Assembly: GCF_009914755.1 (NCBI RefSeq)
Contig: NC_060932.1
DNA: 64,000 bases
Origin: the human T2T-CHM13v2.0 reference genome, Homo sapiens
Strand: one strand, 5' to 3'
The notes beneath the pieces were generated by a model. It did not search any database and was not told the DNA's origin. It worked only from the letters and a program-made list of their open reading frames with translations. The translations under genes were made by a program, and so were the position numbers. Each line of letters opens with the position of its first letter. Position 1 is the stretch's first letter. This document shows, piece after piece, positions 42,641 to 54,957 of this stretch.

Positions 42641-44225
42641 ACCTCTAATACTTGCCTCTCCCATAAGCTGTGGGTTCCCCAATCATAGGGACTTTTAACG
42701 CTTATCTTCAAATATCTAAAACTTAAGAGAGACTATGAGCTAACTCTGCAAATGTCTGTTGAGTGAATGAAAGAACCCAGAAGAGGCAAAAGTAGAAGCT
42801 GTTGTAATGAGAGTTAGGAGATTAATTTGCATCTTGGCCTTGCTGTGAACTGTGTCATCCTGGGAGTGTCCATCTGTCTCTTCGGGTCTTGCCTTCCTCC
42901 CCTGTAAAGGAGGAAAGAATTTGTCTGAGTAGCTCAGCACCGGAGCCTGGTGTTCCGAGTGGAAAGCAGATCTGTGATCCCACAAAGCAGGCTCCTCTGC
43001 TTCCAGATGGAGGGAGCAGCCCAGAGCCCAGCCAGCCCCCTGTCCCAGCCCCACAGAAGCCCTGGATTCTCCTCTGCTTACTTCAGAACTCAGCCGTCAA
43101 GGACGAGAAGTGCTGGGCAGGATGATCCATGGCTTGCCCAGGAGAGGGAGGACTGACTCAAAGCCTGGCTCCCGTCCCCGCTCCTGTGTCCTCAGGCGAT
43201 TCTCTTCCTCTTGCAGGCCCAGGTCTCTTTCGAGATAGAGCAAAGGGCACAGATGGGATTCAGGGGGGCAACCAGATGGGACAGCAGGTGACTGGGTGCT
43301 GGAGATACAGGCAGCTTGAAGCTCCTGCACTCAGACACCCAGGCATCTCCATCTGCCGCTCCTCAGGCCTGGGCAGCTCTTAGGGCCTTGGTTTCCCTTC
43401 CCAGCTGGCCTCTTGTGTCCATCATATTTGCCAAAATAAAGATGAAGCTGTTGACTGGGGGATGGGAATGGGGATGCTGGGGAGGAGTGCGGGTTGGTAG
43501 AGTGGAGTGTGTATGTGTTGGGTGGGGGGTCTCATTGCCCTGACAGCAAAATAAAAGGGCTCCTCCATGTAGGGCTTGTGCTGGCAAAGGAAGCGCCAAC
43601 TCACTCCCCAAGGGCTGGGGCCCATGTAGCTGCCAGGAGCTATAAAGTTGAATACCTGCCGCTGCACCACGCCAGCCCTTTCCGGATGCTCAGAGGGGAA
43701 AAAAATAATAATAGGTCAGCGGGCCGAAACCGGTATTAAGTAGGAGTCCTCTGACTCAGAGAGGCCTTAAGAACTCTCGGTGAGTGAAGGAACTGGCCCT
43801 GCAGGTCGTCACAGAAGAGCCATGGGATCCGAGCCCCGCGCAGCCACATGACTCACAGCCAGCTTCCACCTGCTCAGGGCCTCGGCTTTCTCCCTGTAAA
43901 GTGAGGCCACCTCCCTTACCTCGGGGCTGCAGCGACAATCACTCAAGAAAGGAAAGGAGCAGGGTCTGAGGTGGAATTTGGGCCCCACCGCTGACCAGCG
44001 GAAGGATTCGGGCAATTGGTTTAACTTCGCTGCATGTTGGGCTCCTCTGTTCTATTTGTTTTACTGAGAATAAAGGAGATGTTTGGCTATCAAAAGCGTG
44101 ATAGAAAAAATAATTTTATGAAAACCTTTTGAACAGCATGAGGACAGGAATGCAATGGCAGGGCCCTTTGGGCGTTGAAACCCCTGTCTCAGCAGCCCCC
44201 CTTTCCCTCTGCCCTCCCCCCGCAG

Positions 44226-44505
44226 GCCCTCTCTCCAGCCCCTACGACCATGGACTTTACCCCAGCTCCACTGGAGGACACCTCCTCACGCCCCCAATTC
44301 TGCAAGTGGCCATGTGAGTGCCCGCCATCCCCACCCCGCTGCCCGCTGGGGGTCAGCCTCATCACAGATGGCTGTGAGTGCTGTAAGATGTGCGCTCAGC
44401 AGCTTGGGGACAACTGCACGGAGGCTGCCATCTGTGACCCCCACCGGGGCCTCTACTGTGACTACAGCGGGGACCGCCCGAGGTACGCAATAGGAGTGTG
44501 TGCAC
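44226..44505 (+). CDS. CCN4: CCN4 exon 2: IGFBP domain
   Basis: Polypyrimidine tract cgcag|GCC; ALSPAPTTMDF...GCECCKMCAQQLGDNC...AIGVCA; donor C|gtaagt; GCxCCxxC motif. Confidence 0.99.
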
Positions 44506-45159
44506 GTAAGTGAGTCCCTCCATACCTTCTGACCAGCCCCTGAGCACCCCCAGCTCTGGCCCCAAACCCCTCTCCCTTGGCACCCCCACAGCCTTTCACC
44601 TGGCCAGGCTTCCGTTCAGCAGGAGATACACCCCATGATCAGAGGCCAGAGGCTGGGTCCTTCCTGGGAAGGGGAGGCAAGGATGCCTGCACTCTTCTCG
44701 CCTCCAGAACTTTGCTTCTTGCTTTATTCTCAGTCCTGGAGGCACATTCATGGCTGTCCCCAGGGAAGAGGGAGACGCCATGAAATACCTAAGCCTGGTT
44801 TTGTTCTCTTAGTGGTAGGATCTTTTAACAAATGTCCATGGCCTACTAGGACACACCAGCATACTGCAGAACTCCAGATATTTTGGTAATATTGTAAATT
44901 AAAAAATATGGTTTTAAAAATCCAGTAGCCTTGAAAGAATGAAAATCAGCAGCCTGCAGTCATCCCTTCCCACCAGCTACCTACATTTCTCAGTTACTTC
45001 AGTCACTTAAATTTTCTAGTTATTTCTTCTGAAATATAATATAGTATATTATAGAAATATACTATATATTCTATATAGTATAGAAATATAATATAAAGAT
45101 AATATATACACTATAAATATTATCTTTCTAATGAACTTGAAGAACAGTTTTCACAGGGG

Positions 45160-46280
45160 GAAATATACTACATATACACTATATATAGTAGTTAAATATA
45201 CTATATATACACTATATATAGTAGTTAAATATACTATACACTATATATAGTAGTTAAATATACTATACACTATATATAGTAGTTATATATACTATATATA
45301 CACTATATATAGTAGTTATATATACTATATATACACTATATATAGTAGTTATATATACTATATATACACTATATATAGTTATATATACTATATATAACTA
45401 TATATAGTAGTTATATATAGTATATATAACTATATATAGTATATATACACTATATATAGTAGTTATACATACTATATATACACTATATATAGTAGTTATA
45501 CATACTATATATACACTATATATAGTAGTTATACATACTATATATACACTATATATAGTAGTTATACATACTATATATACACTATATATAGTAGTTATAC
45601 ATACTATATATACACTATATATAGTAGTTATACATACTATATATACACTATATATAGTAGTTATACATACACTATATAGTAGTTATATATACTACATATA
45701 CACTATATATAGTAGTTATATATACTATATATACACTATATATAGTAGTTATATATACTATATATACACTATATATAGTAGTTATATATACTATATATAC
45801 ACTATATATAGTAGTTATATATACTATATATACACTATATATAGTTTATATATACTATATATAAACTATATATAGTAGTTATATATACTACTATATATAC
45901 TACTATATATAGTATATACTATATATACACTATATATAGTAGTTATATATACTACTATATATACTACTATATATAGTATATACTATATATACACTATATA
46001 TAGCATATATACTATATATACACTATATATAGTAGTTATATATACTATATATACACTATACATACACTATATATAGTTTATATATACTATATATAGTAGT
46101 TATATATACTATATATACTATATATAGTAGTTATATATACTATATATACTATATATAGTTTATATATATACTATATATACTATATATAGTAGTTATATAA
46201 ACTATATATAGTATATATAGTAGTTATATATAACTACTATATAACAGTAGTTATATATAACTACTATATATATATAATTG
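45160..46280. repeat. AT-rich 33-bp minisatellite in intron 2
   Basis: Unit cactatatatagtagttatatatactatatata and variant with tacata; many degenerate copies. Confidence 0.97.
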
Positions 46281-47234
46281 CTACTATAAAATGTATGTGT
46301 TCTGCTATATATTAATTGCCTTGATATATCAATTTTTGGATAATATATTAATATTCTAAGATAGCTGATGATTTAGCTCCTCAATACCACCTGATATACC
46401 CCTACCTTCCAAATGACATTGCCATAATTTTTGATTATACAATCATCAGTATTTATAATATTATGACTATGTAAATATTGTTCACTGCAGTATGAGATCA
46501 TGTACTTGCTTTAATTTACTTCCTTATGATGCTTTTTGTTTTTCCTGGACTTTCTAATGGCCTTTGCTTTTTCTTTATTCTTGGTGTATTCTGATATCCT
46601 CCTGTTTGGAGGTGGTTGTTGTTGTTGTTGTTGTTGTTAGTTGTTGTTTTCTTTGGTCTTCAAGTGCTCCATCACGGGTATTCTATCCTTTTTTGTTCCA
46701 AGACACCTCCTTTATGAAACTTTCTGACCCCCTGCTTCTGTCCGGACTTGTATTCCCTTGAATTGTGTAAGCATTACCCAAAATATATGACTCATCAGAT
46801 TAAGAGAGCTACCTAGGTATTATGATGCAGCAGCCTAACTTCTGAAAACTTCCACAAAGTCTCATAAACCCAAAAACTCCCTTCTTCCCTTAGTGCTGAA
46901 TCAAGCCTTCCCCTTAACTATGACTCCATATACACCCCGTCACATAGTCACACACAACGTAGTCTCTCATCCTCAGCTAACCATTATATTTTTTGAGGTG
47001 GATTGTCCATGAGGGTTATGTACATCATTTGCAGTCAGACAATTTTATTTTATCTGAACCACATGGTTAATTTATGACAGTTTCTTCTCTTTTATCATTG
47101 GTTCATGCTTCAACTTTCACACGAATCCTTGTGTCTTTGGCTTTCTGTGAATAACCATCCCACTTCTCCCATCTTTCTAATTTTTCTTCTTTTACTGAAA
47201 CTCATTAGCAGCCACATAAATGGTATGTTCAAAG

Positions 47235-47410
47235 AGAACTTGCAGCATCCGCTGCACAGAATCATCTGATATGTTGATTATAAATGTTATTCTTGAGCCC
47301 CACCCCAGACTTGTTGAATCAGAGTCTCTGGAAGTGGGAATGAGGATCTAGTCCTTTAACAAGACTCCCAGGTGATTCTCATGCATGCTAAAGTTCAAGA
47401 ATTGCTGCTA
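47235..47410. mobile_element. MER5A-like hAT element
   Basis: cttgagccccaccccagacttgttgaatcagagtctctgg...tttaacaagactcccaggtgattctcatgcatgctaaagttcaagaattgctg. Confidence 0.75.
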
Positions 47411-50400
47411 ATATACTCAGTCATCTGTTCCCTCCCCATAACCCAGGTAGGGAAACCTGGCCTGGACTTCTTACACTAGAACCACCTCCAGTTATATGAG
47501 CTTGTCTCATAATTTATTCTTCCAGTAAAAACTGTTCTTCAAGGTCATTAAAAAGATACTTCTTTTCACTACCATTGCATTAATCTCTAAAGCTGTATTG
47601 AGATCTTGTCATCTGCCAGGCACCACTCATTTATAGATGTTCTGTCATGGATCCAAAGATTGTGTGAACCCAGAAACTGCCTGTCCTGCCTGCCTTCCCC
47701 ACCGGTGGCCTGGAAAACCCCCTTCCCTGTCCTCCTCACCCCCTATCTCTGCATCTTAGGTCCTGCCTTGACCCAGTACAGCCACTTAACTTCCCAACAC
47801 CATGGGCTTCTGTGTACTTCCTTTCCTTTTATTTGAAAAAAACAAAAACTGTAGGCTAAAGGAGATTGTAATAGATTTTACGCCTACCAGTGGTTCCCTG
47901 GTCATGAAGTTTTACAAGCATTGAGATAAATAAAGCTAACCAGGAGCTATAGAAATTCTCAGAGGCTTCAAATTTTCATGTCCATTGCCAAATTCCAAAA
48001 GAGAGGTATCATAAGCTTCATAATAAATTTTTTAGATGTATTTAATACTAAATTTTTTCAGTCAGATAGTTCCTTACCCACCCATTACACTACACACACA
48101 CACACACACACACAAACACACAGTTATACATATACACATCACACACATATGTGCCCACACATGCACAAACACAACTCACTAGTGCTCTATTGAACATGTT
48201 CCCGGAAGTGCTACCATAGTGTCTGAATTCATGAGACCCTAATGCAGGAAAGAAGAGAGTGTGGGGTCTGCAAAAGAATACACCTCTGGGCCAGAGGGTA
48301 AACAGAACAAACGGTTCCTCTAAGAAACAATCTTTCCACAAATGGTCAGCTAAGCAAATGGACAGTTCCTAGGACAGGCTAAATCTGTCCTTAAAGATTT
48401 GCATGTAATTAGACCAGAACAAGGCAGGTAATAAAAATGAGCCATTGCAACCCTGGCTTATATAACTCAAACAGAGTATGATGGGGACAATGGCAATCTG
48501 GTGTGTGCAAGCCCTGGCTTTCAGAGATGACCCTACTGGGCCCAGCCACTCTGGCCAAGCAGAAAAAAGCTAGGTCTTGTTCAGCATGCTTAGTTTTCAA
48601 GAGAATCCAGGTACATAGATTTGTGTATGATTTGTAAACATTGGCAATACATTCAAAAATATTTTTAAAACCACTCTGTGGGCCAAACTAAATACATCTG
48701 TGGGCAGAGGGTGACCTCTGAGTTACATCATTTGGCTATTTCAGTTGCACAAACACTACTCTACGTTTAAATGAAGCTGGGTCAGGCCTGAGGTCAGTGT
48801 GGTTTGGTGGAAGGATTATGATATTTACAAGCTGACAGACTTGAGTTTTAGATCCTGGCTCTGCCACTTGCTAGCTACGTGACCATGTGCACATCACTTA
48901 AGGAGTGTCATAAAACCAACCTCACATGCTTGTTGCAAAATAAATAAGGAAATGTCAAAAAATAAAAATAAAAGTAATTGGCTGCTCTTGGCTTGCCTTG
49001 CAAGGAAAGTTACCTCAGTCTTATTCACGGCCACCTTTAGAGGAGGGAGCAGGTCTAGCTCCTGGCCTAGATCCCCCATACTGAAGAGTGAGGGAGTAGT
49101 AAATTCATGCATGCTCTTTGGACCTAGACAACCCAGCTGGAATCCCAGCATCATCACTCACTATTACTATGACTTTAGGCGAACTACTTAGCCTTTTAAG
49201 TCTCAGTTTCTTCTTCAAGGAAAATGTGACAAAGAAAGTTTATATCTCTGGGTGGTTAGAATGTCAAGTGCCTGCTACATGGCAGGAGCTGAATAAAGAG
49301 TACAGCTCACCCCAGTTCCCATCCATCCATCCCTCCATTGATTCTTCACACAATAAACATAAGTGAGGCAGCAAAAACAAACAGAGCTACAACAAGGCAT
49401 GGCCCACTGTCCCTGCTGACAGCGTGAGCTGACAGTCCATGGGAGGTGTGAAGGGAGGGAAGGCCCCGATGGCAGAGCAAGTTGACTTGAATTCCTGAAA
49501 GTGCTTCAGTAAGAGGAAAGCTAACTCGATCACACCTGCACTTGCAGATCTGAGATTAGATAGGAGGTAGTGAAGGAAACCCAACTGTCTTCACCATCTC
49601 GCCTTTGATTAGTTAGAAACTTAATGAGTCAGCTGAAGGGACCATCTGCAGCCGTCATGCATCCCACTAGCCTGTGGTGGGCAGGCTGGTCAGAGCCAGT
49701 AGCAGCATCTCACTTCCCCACCCAAAGCCCCAAGGAGAGAGACTGGCGCGCCTTCTAGTTGCACTGGTTTTCAACCTTAGCTGCAAACAGGATTCACCTG
49801 GGGAACTTTTAAAATACGGAGATCAACAAAAGAAGAATACTGACACCCAGGTTCACCCCCATATTCTGAGGCCTGGCATGAGCATCACAATTTTTAAAAG
49901 CTCCCCAGGTTCCCCTGGGGTTCCCCTGTGCAGCTGGTAGGGAAAGCCACTGTGCTGGGGACTCCGGGCATCTAGCACTGACCTCTCCCTCCAAAGTCTC
50001 CACATGCAGGGACAGAGTTCCGGGCTTAGCCCACTCCCTTCTCCACACACACACACACACACACACACTCTTCCTGGAGAGACAGCGTGCAGGCAGAGGC
50101 AGGGTGACTCAGAATGCAAAGATGAGTGATTCACCCAGCGCTTCCTCTGCTTTTTTTGCCTTCCTCTGTCCCCTCCTTCACTGGTGTCTGGTGGCAGGAA
50201 ATGGGCTGTGGAGTCAGGTCTCCTGGGTTTGAGTCCCAGCTGTATCATTCAACAGTTTCGTGACCTTGAACAAACGAATCATTTAACCTCTCTGAGAGCT
50301 TTCCTGTCCATCAAAGGAGAAAAATAAAACTCTTCATGAAGTCATTGGGAGAACTGAATGAGATAATGTATCAGATGATACCTGGCACTAGATCAGAGGG

Positions 50401-51572
50401 TCAGTTGATGTTAGCATCTTTCCTTTCTGCACCTCCTGCACGGATAACCGCACCCCAAAAAAAACAATAGCCGCAGCAAGGTTCACACAAACCGGGATTC
50501 TGCTTCCCGCTGTGGTCACCTTGGACGCTATGTGTCTTCACCTTGCTGAGACTTTGTTTTGCTATATATAAAGACAAAGATGATAATGTGATAGTGTTTC
50601 TGTACAGAATAAAATAAGTAATGCAATGCACAATACAGAGGAGACCCAGTATCCAATAACAGAGACAGTACTTCGAAAACCTTCATGCCTGCTAGACATT
50701 AGGATTACTGCTATTATTAACAGCCACCTTCGGGCAAACCCTGAAGGACAGAACTGTTGGCCCACTGCAGATTCCAAACTGCTTCTCCTTGGGTGGCCAC
50801 TCATGATGTCCGGGGCTCTTTACCTGCATTTCCAGAAGCTGTCCTCCAGAGAGAGCATGGTATCAAGGGTGATATCTGGTCCAGAAGTCCCCAACTCTCC
50901 CTGACTCCAAACTGGCTTAACTAACTCCACATGGCCACTTGGTTGTCAACCAGCCATCTCACGCATAATGGAGAACACTTGAGTCCACCCAACCCAAACC
51001 CTGCTTGTCCAAAGAGGACAGAGCATCTTCCTCCTTCTCGACTCCTCTCCTTTCCCCCGCACAGCCCCTCTGTCAGTAAGTCCTGGCAGCTCTCCTTCCA
51101 AATCTGTCTGGAAGCCGAGCTCTTCTCTTTCTGGCTTCAGACCGCTCTCTCCCACCTGGGTCTCAGGGTGGTCCCCCATGCTACCTTTGCCCTCTGACTC
51201 AGCACCGTGAGTGTTCTCATGTCCTCAACTCAGCACCATGAGTGTTCTTGCAAAGCATACTTTTCATCATTCATTCAGCAGTTGCTTACTGAGCACCTAC
51301 TATGTGCTAGGCTCTAACAGCTTTGCACTTCCTCTGAGCCTACAAGGAAGCCTTCTCGGACCTCCTCTCCTTCCCTTTTCCTTCTTGTCTCCCCTCCTCA
51401 GACCTCTCCCACAGCCCAGGCTTGCTCCCACCTGTGGTCTTTTTACTTAAGTGGGCCCCTCCCTACCTGGAAAGCTCCTCCCCCAACCCCTGGGCGGGCT
51501 TCCTTCCTCACCTCCTTCAGGCTTTGCTGAGCGTCATCACCCAGTGAGGCCTTCCCCATCCACCTGATTTAA

Positions 51573-52076
51573 CCCTATTCCCAGTTGCGCTGAGAATACT
51601 CACCAGCAGCACTAGAGGCTGCAGCATTTACCCCAAAATAATTTTGCCACAAAATATCTCACTTTTGTTACTCTATTCACATCATTCTAGAATACCAACT
51701 TTGAAAAACAAAAGATATCATTCTATTTACAGCATTGTGTTTTTTTAGGAGTGGTATTTCCATTTACAAAATATAGTAATTCTCGATCACTGAAAATGTC
51801 AAATCCTAGAAAACCCAGCATTCCTATGCATAATTGTTCTTCAACAGTTGGCTGGGATTCACTTGATGAATCTGATTTTTCTGAAATAGATTATTCTGAT
51901 GATTCAGACAATTCTGATGTTAGTTCTGTTTAGAAAGAACTCCAAGAAACAGTTTTTATATTTTATTTTTACATGGAAAATCAGTCAGATTTGCTTTAAC
52001 CTCAAAAAGTGTGTTTATGTAAAATTAAATGAGCTCTGGCAGCTAGCTGAACATTTTTTTCTAAACAGGGAAAGGG
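51573..52076 (+). mobile_element. MER75 piggyBac-derived MITE carrying a PGBD4-like transposase N-terminal remnant
   Basis: TTAA|CCCTATTCCC ... GGGAAAGGG|TTAT ends, 504 bp; ORF 51751-51933 includes MSNPRKPSIPM...DSLDESDFSEID, resembling the recalled PGBD4 N-terminus MSNPRKRSIPM...DSFDESDFSEID. Confidence 0.9.
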
Positions 52077-52687
52077 TTATTAATAAATTTGCAACTGTCT
52101 CCCCCCGCCCAACTCCCCCTCCCTGCTCCACTTTTCTCCCAGACACTTGTAACTGCCAACATTCCATATGACCTTTCCACAGCATAAGCTCTTTGAGGGC
52201 ATGTCTTTTGTCTGTTTTGTCCACTATTGAGTCCCCAGCACATAGAAGGCTCCATGAATGTGTATGGAATGAATGGAACACGTGTTTCGAAGTGTTCTGG
52301 CTTTTTTTTTACAAGTCGGTCACCTTCAGAACCATGAGCCCTAATGGCAGGTCTTTGTCAGTACCAGGCTTTGTGCCTGGTGCTGGGGACCCTGCAGGGA
52401 GCAAACCAGCCAAGTCCCTCGGGAGGCTGCGTCCTTCCACTCCCTGGGTGCTGGCTGAAGCTATAAAGGAACTCCTGCACTCCCTTTGCTGAAGTTCCAC
52501 CAAACACTCAGCCCTGCCCTGTGCACTCTCACACCTCCCTGCCTTTGCCTTTGTGCCTCTGTTCCTCCTCCATGCTGGGAGCCATCCCCGGGATTGGGGC
52601 ATGGTCCACATGGAGCCCCTATAAAGGCAGCTGGGCCAGCCAGGGGCACCAAGGCCACTGGGCCTGACCGGCCACCTGTGTTTGCAG

Positions 52688-52948
52688 AGGTGGTCGGTGT
52701 GGGCTGCGTCCTGGATGGGGTGCGCTACAACAACGGCCAGTCCTTCCAGCCTAACTGCAAGTACAACTGCACGTGCATCGACGGCGCGGTGGGCTGCACA
52801 CCACTGTGCCTCCGAGTGCGCCCCCCGCGTCTCTGGTGCCCCCACCCGCGGCGCGTGAGCATACCTGGCCACTGCTGTGAGCAGTGGGTATGTGAGGACG
52901 ACGCCAAGAGGCCACGCAAGACCGCACCCCGTGACACAGGAGCCTTCG
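52688..52948 (+). CDS. CCN4: CCN4 exon 3: VWC domain (symmetric 261-nt exon, skipped in WISP1v)
   Basis: ttgcag|AG; VVGVGCVLDGVRYNNGQSFQPNCKYNCTCIDGAVGCTPLC...GHCCEQWVC; donor G|gtgggt. Confidence 0.99.
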
Positions 52949-53510
52949 GTGGGTGTGGGCCCGAGTGGGCTGGGGGTGGGACCCTACAAATGGGTTGTGG
53001 ACCCTCCTGGAACTCTGACCACCATAGAATGACTCATTCCCCAGTCCACTACCTACTAGCTTTGTGACCTTGAGAAAGTCATACCTCCCCTGAGACCCTA
53101 TTTCCCCATCTGTAAAACAGAAATAATCCCATCTGTCTAGTCTGTCCTGTGGGATCCTCCCAGCATAAAATGAGGAGTGCTTTGTAAAGAACAAAGCCCT
53201 AAAAGTGCAATCCATTATTATCCTACTAAAGAGTTAGGGATGGGTGGTGGAAGAAGGGTAGGTATGTGGGTACCTGAGGAGAGGAGGTATGAGCAAGAGG
53301 AGATGGGTCTAGTAGAAGCTTCATGATGATTTGGGGCTTCCCCCTTGCTATGAAGATGGGTGGGCAGGTGAGATTTCAGCCAGGTAAACCAGATAAGAGG
53401 AAGCCCTGGAAAAGAAGAGTGGGGACAGGCCCAATTGTTTCACTGCTGCTTACTGGAATCTAGCCCAGTGCCATACACTTAGCAGGTATCCAATTAATGT
53501 TTGTCATACT

Positions 53511-54290
53511 GATGGGTGGGCAGATGGATGGATGAAGAATAGATAGATGGGCGGGTGGATGGATGGATGGATGGATTGGTGAAGAGATGGATGGATAAAT
53601 AGATGAATGTATAAATAGATGAGTGGATGGATAGATGACGGATGAATAGGTGGATGATGGATGGATGGAAGGATGATGAATGAATGGGTGGATTAATAGA
53701 TGGATGGATAAATGGATGTATGAATAGATGGGTGGATTGATGAGTGGATAGATGAATTGATGGATAGGTGTATAAATAGATAGATGGGTGAGTAGATGGG
53801 TGGATAGATGAATAGACAGATGAATGTATGAATGGATGGATGGATGGATATATGTATAAATAACTAGATGAGTGGACAGGTGGATGGATGAATGGATGGA
53901 TGGATGAATTGATAAATGGACAGATGGATGAATAGATAGATGGATTTATAAAAAATTGGATGATTGGATGGATAGATGATGGACAAATAGGTGAATGATG
54001 GATGGGTCAATTAATGGATGGATGGAGGATGGATGGATGGATGGATGGATAGATGTATAAATAAGTAGACGAGGGGACAGATGGATGGATGAATGGATGG
54101 ATGGATGGATGAATGGATGAACTGAATGGATGGGTGGATGAATAGGTAGATAGATGTATAAATAAATGGATGATTGGATGGATAGATGACGGACAAATAG
54201 GTGAATGATGGATGGATCAATTAATGGATGGATGGATGGAGGATGGATGGATGGATGAATGGGTGGGTAGGTGGATAGATGGATGGGCTA
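53511..54290. repeat. ~780-bp degenerate (GGAT)n repeat in intron 3
   Basis: Runs of ggat/agat/gaat tetramers. Confidence 0.96.
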
Positions 54291-54830
54291 ATGAGGATCT
54301 GAACTAGGGCAGTGGGAGTAGAGGCAGTGAAGAAGGAACAGACACAAGAGGCATTGCTTGAGTAAGACTGAAGGTCTTAATGTCAATCTAATGCATGGGG
54401 TGAAGAAGAAAGAGGGACAGAGGCTGACTCCCAGGGCTTGTCATTGCCTAGGATCAAATACAAGAGAAGGAGCACATTTGGGCCAAGGGAGATCTACTCT
54501 GTTTGAAACAGACTGAGTTTAAGGCAGAGTGCCCTGCCCACGGGATCTTAAGAGAAGCTTCCAGTTTCTCTTTATGGGGAGGAAGGAGACGAAATAGGAG
54601 AGCTCTGAAGTCATCTGCTTGGAGCTGCTGGTGGTGATGGCTGGGATGGCCTGAGGGTAACATCCACAGTGAGACAGAGGGGGCCTGAGGCAGAGGTCTG
54701 GGAATGCTGACATGTGAAGGGTGAGCAGAATAAGAGGAGGCATGGGGAAACAGAGAGGAGGGTTGGGATGTATGAAGAAAACCAGGAGCATCTGATGCCA
54801 TGGCAGGCAGCAGATGAGGACATTTCTAGA
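54290..54830. mobile_element. L2 fragment
   Basis: ggcagtgggagtagagg...aggctgactcccaggg...ctgtttgaaacagactgagtttaagg...aagtcatctgc L2-like motifs. Confidence 0.5.
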
Positions 54831-54957
54831 GGAAAGTGCTTACGAGGCAAGCAGTAGAGAGCAGTAGAAAAATGGCAATAGAGTGGGAGTTCTAAGAGTA
54901 TTGGTAGTTTTTTTAAAAAAAATTATATATGCTAAAGATTGCTCAGGGACGGTGTGG

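Noticed and set aside
45160-46280. CRISPR-like or PATRR interpretation of the AT array
   Set aside because: No unique spacers and human context; it is a tandem array with local palindromes, not one long inverted repeat; the 33-bp match to the FRA16B unit length looks coincidental
52462-52626. Two TATAAAGG motifs upstream of exon 3 within an in-frame open stretch
   Set aside because: No in-frame ATG between them and exon 3; plausible by chance
52309-53215. Antisense ORFs of 187 and 154 aa over exon 3 (similarly over exons 2, 4, 5)
   Set aside because: Shadow ORFs of GC-rich coding exons; no independent support
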